32,007 nt of DNA, taken from Trichomonas gallinae (Eukaryota). Shown piece by piece: positions 18,520-27,887 of this stretch. The notes below the pieces were generated by a model. It saw only the letters and a list, made by a program, of their open reading frames with translations, did no database searches and had not been told where the DNA came from. A program made the translations under genes and the position numbers. Position 1 is the first letter of the stretch, and each line of letters opens with the position of its first letter. The DNA is taken from the NCBI GenBank assembly GCA_008369845.1, contig MRSU01004458.1:1-32007 (forward strand), given 5' to 3'.

Positions 18520-20487
18520 TTATTTCTTAGCAAACTTGCCTTTGTGGGATGATGCTGTGAACGGTCTTTTGATTGCGAAAGTCTTTGGCCGATTTTTGGG
18601 TGAATTAGGCTTTGACTCTTCTGCTCCGTGGACACTGAGCCTTGGTTTAGGCTTTACAGCTCTATAGTTATTGAGCTTCTCGTGTGTCCTCGGTGAAAGA
18701 GGCGATTTATCCGCATCTGCAAAATCTCTTGTCACAGCTTGAGATGATGGCTTTCCTGCAACGACTATCGTTCCTTTCTTAGCCCTTATCTGATTAATTG
18801 CGACCTGAATTGGCCTTATTTCTGTGTCCCTACGCATATTAATATTCTGAATTGCGATTCCTCTGTGTTCTTCATTAGATTGTATCTCTTTCTGTTGTCT
18901 TATCAAAAGCTTCTTCTTTTCGTTCTCCATCTGATTGTTGATTCGCCTTTGCGCTGCTTGCGTTTCCTCATTTTGTAATCTGTCAGCGATAATCTTGATT
19001 TCCTTCGCCTTCTGATATAATCGAGACAAAGCTCTTGCCTTCTCCATTTCTCTGAGCTGCAAAAGCTTGGCTGATGGCTTGTTAAACTGTATTAAAAATT
19101 TCTCGTCATTCCATTTCTTTGTGAAATCTTCCAACTCTTGCTGGTGTCGTTCTTTCATTTGCTGTTGTAACTTCAAGGAAGACTCATTATAGCTTTTTAT
19201 CTCTGTATCGTATTTTCGATTTACTTCTTGAAGCCTTTCCTGCAGCTGCACATATCTAGCGTATAATATATCTATTCTGTTATCTTCATTTGCTCTTTCT
19301 TGCTCTGTTTGGAGAGAAATTGCCAAAGCGCGCTCGTATCTGTCTTGGAGCTCGGCTTCTTCGTATTTGCCGGCAACAATAGCATCCACACGCTTATGGC
19401 TGATGATTTGGCGGATCCTAGCGCGAAGATGTGGAGGAGGAGCCTGGAATTTATTTATCATGTCATCCATTGCGTCTTCGAGCTCCTTTTCTTCGGGAGA
19501 TTTTTGTGGTTCCTGCGGATCTTCTGGTTTCTTTTCTTCTTCTGGCTTTTCTGTATCATCAGGATTTACGTTATTTTCTTCTTGTTGGCTTTGTGCGTCC
19601 GGGTTTGCATCTTGGTTCTCTTGTTTGTTCTCTTCACCTGTTTGTTGAGGGTTTTCTTCGTTATTTTGTTTATTATTTTCTTCATCTTTATTTTCACCGA
19701 AAATCTTTTCTTTAATAGCTTCTTGAAATGACTGGTTCTCTGTAGGCTCTGATTGTTTGTTTTCTTCTGGTTTTGTTTCTTTTTGTGGTTCTGCATCAGG
19801 TTCTTCGTTATTTTCATCTAAATCATTTACCCAGACGTACATATTGCTTGGTTTCGGCTTTTCTTCTTTCTTTTCTGGGGCCGGAGGCGGAGACGAATTA
19901 TTTACTGTTGTTTGAGGCTCTGGATTTGGTTTATTTGTATCTTCTGGCTTAGTTGGATTCATGTCAAGCAATTTCTCTTTAAGAATGTTATCGATAGAAT
20001 TAATATTATTTTCGTTATCTGCTTTATTTTCTTGTTTTTCTGCATTTTGCTCTTGTACTGGTTCTTTATTTTGCTGCTCGGTAGATTCTGGAGGTTTTTC
20101 GACAGGCTGTGGATTATTATCCAATAATTTCTCAGCTAAAGTCTCGCCAGCAACGTTTTCTGTTTTCGCTGGTTGCTGTTCCTCTGGTTTTGCGCCTATG
20201 GCGTTCAAAAATCCTCCTTTAAGAGAAATATCCGTATTTGGTTTTTCTTCTGCTTTTTGTTGTTCTTTTTGAGCCAATTCGTCTTCAGAATAGTAGTAAT
20301 TATACTCTTCTGTTTCCGGGTTTTGCCGTCGAACTCTTTTTGGCGTTGAATCTTGTTTAATATTTTCTTTCACTTCTTTTTCGATTTTGTTGACATCTTC
20401 AATGAGAGCCTTTTTCTCTTGCTCGGCAGGTGTCCCTCCAGACACAGTGGCTTCGACTTTTGGCGGATCCGCTGCCTCAGATGTCAT
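18520..20487 (-). CDS. Hypothetical protein: E/N/Q/P-rich disordered N-half, coiled-coil C-half
   Basis: 655-aa ATG ORF; heptad-like charged helices after about aa 335; stop overlaps TAAA. Confidence 0.88.
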   Translation of the reverse strand: MTSEAADPPKVEATVSGGTPAEQEKKALIEDVNKIEKEVKENIKQDSTPKRVRRQNPETEEYNYYYSEDELAQKEQQKAEEKPNTDISLKGGFLNAIGAKPEEQQPAKTENVAGETLAEKLLDNNPQPVEKPPESTEQQNKEPVQEQNAEKQENKADNENNINSIDNILKEKLLDMNPTKPEDTNKPNPEPQTTVNNSSPPPAPEKKEEKPKPSNMYVWVNDLDENNEEPDAEPQKETKPEENKQSEPTENQSFQEAIKEKIFGENKDEENNKQNNEENPQQTGEENKQENQDANPDAQSQQEENNVNPDDTEKPEEEKKPEDPQEPQKSPEEKELEDAMDDMINKFQAPPPHLRARIRQIISHKRVDAIVAGKYEEAELQDRYERALAISLQTEQERANEDNRIDILYARYVQLQERLQEVNRKYDTEIKSYNESSLKLQQQMKERHQQELEDFTKKWNDEKFLIQFNKPSAKLLQLREMEKARALSRLYQKAKEIKIIADRLQNEETQAAQRRINNQMENEKKKLLIRQQKEIQSNEEHRGIAIQNINMRRDTEIRPIQVAINQIRAKKGTIVVAGKPSSQAVTRDFADADKSPLSPRTHEKLNNYRAVKPKPRLSVHGAEESKPNSPKNRPKTFAIKRPFTASSHKGKFAKK

Positions 20488-20958
20488 TTTGTGTTTTTAT
20501 AATTTTCTAAAAAACGTATATTTTGATTTTTATTAGATTTTTACATTCTTTACCTATTGTTTCTCGGTAAATTTTAAATAACTCAACGAAATTTTTAAAA
20601 ACTTCATTCCAGATTCAATTCATGAAAATCCATACTTAGCATTAGAATAAGTAACTAAATTGCAAATGATTTTAATCAAATTCAAAATCCGAAAAATTGT
20701 TGAATAGAAAATTAATCGGTAACAACATTATTTCTATCTTTAATATTACATATATGAGCTAAATATTTATTTATATCATCAAATCAATTCTCAAATGATT
20801 GTTTTAATTCATTACGAATTTTATTTTTTGATTTCAAACTTTAAAATATATAAATATTGAATGCTTGATTCAATTATAAATGCTTATCATGATCTATTAT
20901 GGATATAATAGTGAAAAGAAAAATTTGAAATTTTTCAATACACAAACAACTAAAAACT

Positions 20959-22092
20959 TTATTTATATCGAACTCTATTATGGACAGGCAGTGGTGGAAG
21001 CCTGCTCTTGTTGATGCCAACTCTTGGAGATTTGATTCCAACTGGTTCTACTGCATGTAGAGGCTTTGGTTGGATTATTCTTGCTGATTTTGGCTCATTC
21101 ACTTTATTAGGAGACTGATAGTGTCCTTCTTTCTCCTTGTTGAAAACTACGTAATTTCGGAGCAAATAGTCTAAAGATGGAAGTGGTTTTATATCATATG
21201 TATCATCAGCTTTCATAACTATATAAGATCCGTCATTTCCTGAGACACCACAATAATTTGAAGCGCTAAAGACTGTTAGAACAGAATTAAATGATACTCT
21301 TAGGCCATCTTTAACACACTCATGGCCCCTGATGATATACTTAAGGCCATTCTTACGTAAAAATCTTTGAGTACTTTCATTACCGTATACATAGCCAGTG
21401 CCTCTTTGAGACACGTTGAATTCTGGAATAAAACCCGTGTCATCGGGGTCTGACCAGAAAATTCCATCTAAATAGTCTTCATCCCAACTTTCAAGTGGCC
21501 TCTGCGTGTTTTTGATCTGAGAGAGTAACTGGAACGATGGACTAAGTCCAGCGTGTATGCAGAGCGATGAATTATTGACTAAAGCGCCAATTGGAATATA
21601 AGAAAATGATGAACAAAAGTAATTGAATAGAGAAGGCTCTCCATATACGGTTAGTAGCTGCTCTAGGAAACCACACTGGCCACAAAGATAAGAAAACTCA
21701 TGGTTTCCTCGTATTATTGATACATTGGTTGGCCAGACAACTTTCATTATATAAACTAGTATTATACACTCGACAGAGAATTCCCCTCTATCGACAATAT
21801 CACCTAGGAAGACGAACCTTTTTGCTTCTGGAGAGCCGCACTGTTTTAAAATCCGAAATAAATCAAGAATATGGCCATGCAAATCACCAATAATAACTAC
21901 TGGAGCCTTAACACTTAGTAAACTAGATTCATTTTTGAATATTGCTGTGACTTCTCGAATCAATGTTTTAACAAATTGTAGTGGAACTTGCGGCAGAATC
22001 AATTGTTTCTTCCTAGAAGCATAAGGCACAACATCCCCTGATATTGACGCGAGGAATTCCCTGAAATATCCAAGGCATTGATCGCGAAACGT
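20959..22092 (-). CDS. PPP-family Ser/Thr protein phosphatase (PP1-like); start codon uncertain
   Basis: GDLHG, GDIVDRG, RGNHE, IHAG, WSDP, RGHE and FSASNYCG are all present. Frame open up to about 22116 but no in-frame ATG before residue ~95 of the track ORF; 22092 is an in-frame ACG candidate. Confidence 0.88.
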   Translation of the reverse strand, partial: TFRDQCLGYFREFLASISGDVVPYASRKKQLILPQVPLQFVKTLIREVTAIFKNESSLLSVKAPVVIIGDLHGHILDLFRILKQCGSPEAKRFVFLGDIVDRGEFSVECIILVYIMKVVWPTNVSIIRGNHEFSYLCGQCGFLEQLLTVYGEPSLFNYFCSSFSYIPIGALVNNSSLCIHAGLSPSFQLLSQIKNTQRPLESWDEDYLDGIFWSDPDDTGFIPEFNVSQRGTGYVYGNESTQRFLRKNGLKYIIRGHECVKDGLRVSFNSVLTVFSASNYCGVSGNDGSYIVMKADDTYDIKPLPSLDYLLRNYVVFNKEKEGHYQSPNKVNEPKSARIIQPKPLHAVEPVGIKSPRVGINKSRLPPLPVHNRVRYK

Positions 22093-22380
22093 GGAAACGT
22101 TAATAAAAAATTGACGTTAAATTGATTTTCAATCTACCGATTATTTCCTTCTCAAATGATTTTAGATGATTTACTCCTTAGATTCTATTATATCGAATTT
22201 TAAACTTTTTAAAATTTTGAAAAAAAATTGATTTTTTATCATTGTATTTGACATGTCATGCCATGTAAAAAAGTTTTTTATTTATCTGCTAATTTATTTC
22301 ATGATTGTGGACTAAATATTAAAAATTTTCGAGTTCAATTTTTGTGACACGTAAAATATTTTTTGACTACCCTATCATTT

Positions 22381-22491
22381 TTGTCATGTAAACAATAAAT
22401 CTTGTCATGTAATTATCAATTTTGTCGTGTAACCAATAAATTTTTGTCATGGAATAAAAATATTTGTCATGTAATAAATTTTGCCATGTTA
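22381..22491 (+). repeat. Array of six TTGTCATGTAA-type motifs at ~20-bp period
   Basis: Copies at 22381, 22402, 22422, 22444, 22464, 22481 with variable AT-rich spacers. Confidence 0.85.
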
Positions 22492-22878
22492 TTAAAAAGT
22501 TTGATCAAACTTTCGAAAAATGATGATATTAATATATAAGCATCACTAGTGCAACATGAAATAATGATTCAAAAATTGAGTCTTGATATCCATTTTTTGA
22601 TCACATTTTACGATTTTTAATGAATATGACTAAATATTTGACATGTAAAACTGGGGATCAATTTTCAAAATCAATCAAAAAATGTAAATTCAAAAAGTGT
22701 TATAGCTAAGCCTATATAATAGGATTGTTATATGGTCAATGAGCTACCAAATACCAAAGTTTCAACAAATGTTTACACGCCAATTATCATAAAAATTACA
22801 AAATCATGATTTGAGGGTTTTGACTTGTAAATGTAAATTATAATAAGGTTAATTACAAAAGAGCAAATTTTTTAATAA

Positions 22879-25800
22879 ATGGAACCAGCTGAGCAATTTT
22901 TAAGCTACATTGCTTTACTAAGAGATCAGACTGGTTCCCATATTGAGGAAGCTACTGCAGGAATACAAAATTTTCTACAAAATCCAGAATCAAGTTTTGT
23001 CCTATGCGCTATAATACAAAACAGTCAAGATGATGTAGTTATAAAGCATTGTTTAATCTACCTTACACAAATTGTCGCAAATATTATCAAAAATACAAAC
23101 GAGGAATTTGTACAAAATTTATTAGTTGCAATTTTAACTTTATTTAAACCAGAACTTATTGATTTATGCGAAATGCTCGCAAATCTTGTGAGAGCAGCCG
23201 TAACAAGCCTAGATAAACCTTGGATTCAAATTCAAGAATTTTGTTTTCAACCGACAACACCACCTTTATATTCCTTATCTCTCTTTGAAAATGTAATTAT
23301 ACCATATTACCCAGATTGCATTTACTCAAATCTCGATCCTTTTATGTTGTACATTTCAAACTTAATCCAAACAGACAATGAAGAATATCTATTTAAATCT
23401 GTCCTTATTATAACTACTTTGGTCCAGAAAAAAGCCTCTCTTTACGTTCCACTTAAACCAGTAATTCAACAAATCTCAGAAAACTTCGTTAGGAGGATTT
23501 CATCGGGCGACATGTCCGGCATTAGGCGTGTTGTTTTCAATTTGACCGTCGATTTCAGTGTATGTAACGAACTTTTCTTTTCAAATGTTGATTACCAATT
23601 ATTACTCGAAAAACTTGTAGATTCGAGCATCCCGTTCGAGCAGAAGCAGCAATACTTGCAAATACTTACATCTGTGCTATCTGCGCAAATAGATGCCATT
23701 CCTATTGAGCTTGTTAATCAAATTTTAGATTTTCAGCTTTCTTTTACTATGGAAGCATATTCGAAAGACAACCCTGTTAACAACATCATCGATTTCGCGC
23801 TTTTGGTTAAATTCCTCTTCGTATTTATTCCTTCCGACAGCATTCAAGAAATGATTTTGACGAAATTCCAAGATTTGTTAAATATCGGATCAGTGCAGTC
23901 AGTAACAACAGGATTAATCTTAATGACAACAGTTTTAAGGTATTTTCCAACCTATTTTACTGAAAATGCAGAAGATATCTTCAACATGCTATTTGAAGGC
24001 ATAACATCAGATGATATAACATTTGCTTCTCATTGCGCATATTTATTGACAACCGCACCTGAATTATTCTCGATTTTAATTAAAGCAAATTTCCAAAACT
24101 ACTGGGAGGCTGCTTCTCAGTTTATTGAGAACTGCGCCGACATGCTTTACGTTGAGAAACTTTACACGTTGTTAACTAAAGCAGTTCCAAGTGATCCTGA
24201 AATAACTTCGTCATTAATAGAATATTTTGTTAATCTTCTTGATAACCAAGATGAAGTTTACAATGTAAGTGACTATTTGTTTAATATTATTCAAATCAGC
24301 CCGGATATATCAGGATTTGATGAATTATATGCAAATTTGTTCCAGTTAATGACACAAAAATTTGACATATATTATTCTCTTATAAAACCAATAACAGCGA
24401 TTTTAACAATACTTCCGCCCGAGTTTTTCGTTCAAAATATTGTAGATTATATTAATTGCGTTGAATTAATGCTGCAATCAACAAATTTGACGTGTGTATA
24501 CATGGCATTAAAAAGTCTTGCTAGTGTAAGTAACGAAATTCTGCCTCTTGGACAACAAATTCAAGAAATCGTTCAAATTATTTTTCCGATTGCAGAAAAA
24601 TTCACTAAAAGCTGTGCAGAGAATGAAAGCGCAGTGTATAAACTCGCATTCCAAGTCCTACTTAATATTGCAGTTGGATTAGATGAGAAAATGCTTTATC
24701 CTGAACTAGAACTGTCTTCACCAGAAAATGTTGCGAGAATGATCATCATGTCCATGCAGGCTGTTGAAGCAAACTCCGCAGACGCAGAAACGGCAATAAC
24801 ATTGTGTACTATGATATTGAGTTGTCTCTACAGAGTGAGTATGGAACAAGATCCGAATGTATTGAGCGCTCTGCAGTACACTGTATCAGTTTTATGCAAC
24901 TGCGACGCTTCCGTCGAAGCGATTCATTGTTTAGAGTATATTTTCGTCATGCACTCGGAAATGCTTGCTGATGAGAACATAAGGGTGATAATTCTAACAA
25001 AGATGCAAAGGATTTTAAGCAATATTATGACTAGCACATATGCAATGGATTTTTCTTCACTTCAATTAAGTATAGCAACAATATCTATCGTTTTCAGGTT
25101 CCTTAAATTGATAGAAAGCCCAGAAATCGTCGCTCGTTTTGCAGCAATTTATCTTGAAAATCTGTACCAGAATCTTAACAACGAAACACTACCAAATCCT
25201 ACTCGCCTTTTAAACATATATTTCATTATGAACTTCTATTCGATTGATCCGAATTACGTTCCGCAAGAAAACGCATTACAAATTGATAAAATGCTCCAAT
25301 CATTCGTTCAGTCGCCAGATATTCTATTAGCAAGATATGCTGCACAAGTTTTAAATAGTTTGTTAGATAATAATAAAGTCAATATTCAATACCCAGCAGA
25401 TTATCAGGCGTGGATATCCATAATATGCGAAAAGATCAATGCCACTGAGGCCGATGTGAACACTCAGGGTGTGATATTAAGAGAAGTTCTGCTTTGCAGC
25501 TTAATCCGAGTTTCAATCAATGAAAAAATGTTGGGGGATGCCGATACAATTAAGATGATAATCCACTACCTTGTGGCAATTTTGCCAATCAGACACGAAT
25601 ATAGTGTAATGATGGATATTACAGGCTGCATCTCTGTATTAGACAAATTTGCTCCTTCTGGTTTAATGGAACCATTATACAAGAAACTGATTATTCAGTT
25701 CGCCATTCCTAAGAGTAAGAGGGATAAATTCGAAATAGAAGAAGCATTTCTGATGTCAATCAGCACGCAAATCAGAAAGTTCCTCGAATCTCTCGGAGAA

Positions 25801-25989
25801 AACGCCGGAAACTATTTACAGGAGATTTTCGGTGAGGACACCATATCTCTTGACTGCCTGAGAAGCTTTTTGGCGGAGTATATGGCTTTTTGGCAGAATC
25901 TGCAGTTGAGGTATGAAACAGACTTACCTGCAGATGGAGAAGTGATTGATTTGACGCAAAATGTTATCGGACAGGTAGGCGAAGAATGA
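22879..25989 (+). CDS. HEAT/ARM-repeat alpha-solenoid protein, importin-beta (karyopherin)-like
   Basis: 1036 aa, acidic and Leu/Ile-rich helical. N-terminus IEEATAGIQNFLQNPESSFVLCAIIQNSQDDVVIKHCLIYL resembles the importin-beta N-terminal pattern. Confidence 0.7.
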   Translation: MEPAEQFLSYIALLRDQTGSHIEEATAGIQNFLQNPESSFVLCAIIQNSQDDVVIKHCLIYLTQIVANIIKNTNEEFVQNLLVAILTLFKPELIDLCEMLANLVRAAVTSLDKPWIQIQEFCFQPTTPPLYSLSLFENVIIPYYPDCIYSNLDPFMLYISNLIQTDNEEYLFKSVLIITTLVQKKASLYVPLKPVIQQISENFVRRISSGDMSGIRRVVFNLTVDFSVCNELFFSNVDYQLLLEKLVDSSIPFEQKQQYLQILTSVLSAQIDAIPIELVNQILDFQLSFTMEAYSKDNPVNNIIDFALLVKFLFVFIPSDSIQEMILTKFQDLLNIGSVQSVTTGLILMTTVLRYFPTYFTENAEDIFNMLFEGITSDDITFASHCAYLLTTAPELFSILIKANFQNYWEAASQFIENCADMLYVEKLYTLLTKAVPSDPEITSSLIEYFVNLLDNQDEVYNVSDYLFNIIQISPDISGFDELYANLFQLMTQKFDIYYSLIKPITAILTILPPEFFVQNIVDYINCVELMLQSTNLTCVYMALKSLASVSNEILPLGQQIQEIVQIIFPIAEKFTKSCAENESAVYKLAFQVLLNIAVGLDEKMLYPELELSSPENVARMIIMSMQAVEANSADAETAITLCTMILSCLYRVSMEQDPNVLSALQYTVSVLCNCDASVEAIHCLEYIFVMHSEMLADENIRVIILTKMQRILSNIMTSTYAMDFSSLQLSIATISIVFRFLKLIESPEIVARFAAIYLENLYQNLNNETLPNPTRLLNIYFIMNFYSIDPNYVPQENALQIDKMLQSFVQSPDILLARYAAQVLNSLLDNNKVNIQYPADYQAWISIICEKINATEADVNTQGVILREVLLCSLIRVSINEKMLGDADTIKMIIHYLVAILPIRHEYSVMMDITGCISVLDKFAPSGLMEPLYKKLIIQFAIPKSKRDKFEIEEAFLMSISTQIRKFLESLGENAGNYLQEIFGEDTISLDCLRSFLAEYMAFWQNLQLRYETDLPADGEVIDLTQNVIGQVGEE

Positions 25990-26031
25990 TTATAATATTT
26001 TTATTCAATTACTATGTTTTATAAAAGTTAA

Positions 26032-26382
26032 GTTTTAAATTTACTTAGATTTTTCAAATCACTGCAGTCAGGAGTTGATTTTAAAGTGTATTTTCATGAG
26101 AATTCGATATATCAAAACGCAATTATATCATTGAAGTTCAGTGCAAAAGTCTTAAAATCGCCTGTTCCACCTTTAGTTTATGACTATTTAGTCAACAATG
26201 ATATACTGCAGAGAGTTTTTTCTGTCTTCGAAAGCCACGAGATGAAATTGTTTGCAAAACTCACGAGAAGACTTGCTGACTACTTTGATTTGCTCGATGA
26301 TGATAACGAATTGTTTGGTTGCATTGATGTTGACGTTTACAATGAAATGACTGAATACATCCGATATATTATCAAAAATTGA
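26032..26382 (+). pseudogene. Fragment resembling the C-terminus of a helical-repeat protein, lacking a 5' ATG
   Basis: Open frame 26032-26382 with coding-like composition, starting 42 bp after the preceding stop; first in-frame Met is late. Confidence 0.4.
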
Positions 26383-26662
26383 TGCTTATCACTTACAAGA
26401 TTCATAACTATACATTTTGTGCATTTATAATCAATATATGGGGATAATGGTATTACTTTTCGCAAGAATCATGAGAAGAAGATGATACACATCTTCTTTC
26501 TCTCTCATATATCAGTTCACTATTTGTACATACGTCTTATATATAGAAATCACTTTAATTAATCAAAAATATGTAATAAAAAGAGAGAAAAAAAAATCAT
26601 TCATGGCAGCATAAAGAACTAATTATATCTCTGTCTTCATCTTTAAATATATATCAAAAACA

Positions 26663-27688
26663 TTACTGGTTACCATAGAAAATGAAAAATGAAAACAAGA
26701 ATGGAATGTGATGTGAGTCTGGTGTGTTTTTATGATGGTCATTTTTTATATAAAATAAGGCATCACATTTTTCTGTGGAAAAATGAGAAAGATCGATAAC
26801 AAACTGATTTGCTGGATTAAGACTAACATCAGTTGGTGATTGTTTAATTTTAGGGTTATCATTAATAAAACATTTATCAACAACAACATTTCCATACCCA
26901 TTGTAGAACAATGCGTCGCCAGAATTTGATGAGAAGACGCAGGAACTGATATTGAGAAGATCACAACCATAATTCATAACAATTCCCCAGTTTACATTGT
27001 TTGTGCCAAGAATGTTATTAATAACATTGCAGTGGGCAACTGATTGATTAACTGAATCATGATACATTAGACAATATGCATTAGCTGTGTTATTAATTAT
27101 TGACGTGAAAATTATTTTATGGGATGATGGATCATTTATGCAATCATAGGCAGCATCGTAATAACAATTAGCATAAGAAATATTCGTGTTCTCTATGAGC
27201 TGATTTCCACCTTTAAGGTAGATACAGTTGTTATATCCTTTGCTTCTCGATAGAGAACTGTCAATAATATAATTTTCTTTAGTAGTTTCTACATAAGAAT
27301 GGCATCCATTATTTTCTCCATAGAATGATATCGTAGAGTTTATGCTACAGACGCGGTATTGGATACAAGATCCTTGATACACATAGATGGATCCACCGTG
27401 TGTTTTGGAATAGGAACTAATAAAGAAGGATTCCGAAGTCAAAACTTTATGAGCGGCTTTATTTGTGACATTTATAGCACCATTGGGACGAAGATCGATG
27501 AAAATGGCAAGGTAAACGTAGATATTTCCAGATTCATTGATCGGTGAATTTTGAGTTTCGTTGTAAGACTTATCTGGGACATCTTTGCCAGCGAAACGAT
27601 TCCAGGCGTGATCATCGTTGTGTAGAGAAAGAAATTCCGACACAGAAAGAGATCACTGAGGCTGAAAAACGAAAAGTATGAATTTCAT
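26663..27688 (-). pseudogene. GGA-like-motif beta-helix surface protein with in-frame TGA at codon 12
   Basis: ATG 27688: MKFILFVFQPQ*SLSVSEFLSLHNDDHAW...; TGA at 27655-27653, then about 330 open codons with NGAINV, HGGSIYV, CIQYRVCS and a hydrophobic C-terminus. Confidence 0.7.
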
Positions 27689-27887
27689 ACATTTTTGACA
27701 GAATTTATACTGCTAAATAATCAAAAAGCATAATATGATTTACGGGAATGAAACATATTTTATTCAATCATTTTGTGATTTCTCTCATTATTTACAGTCG
27801 TTTTGGAATATATTCTATGCCTTGAAATAAAAATGTCGTGTGAATGAGAAAACAAACAAAAAATATTTTATAATAAACAAAATGTTA

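Noticed and set aside
22381..22491. CRISPR-like repeat/spacer array
   Set aside because: Repeats are 11 bp with ~10-bp spacers, far too short; no cas genes; eukaryotic context.
25975..26048. Possible intron joining the importin-like ORF (or ATG 26014) to the 26032-26382 frame
   Set aside because: GT donors at 25975 and 26027 with AG at 26048 give out-of-frame joins; no ACTAAC branch motif.
27662..27690. Possible 29-nt GTATG...TTTCAG intron on the minus strand rescuing the TGA gene
   Set aside because: Splicing destroys the ATG and leaves the TGA in the exon.
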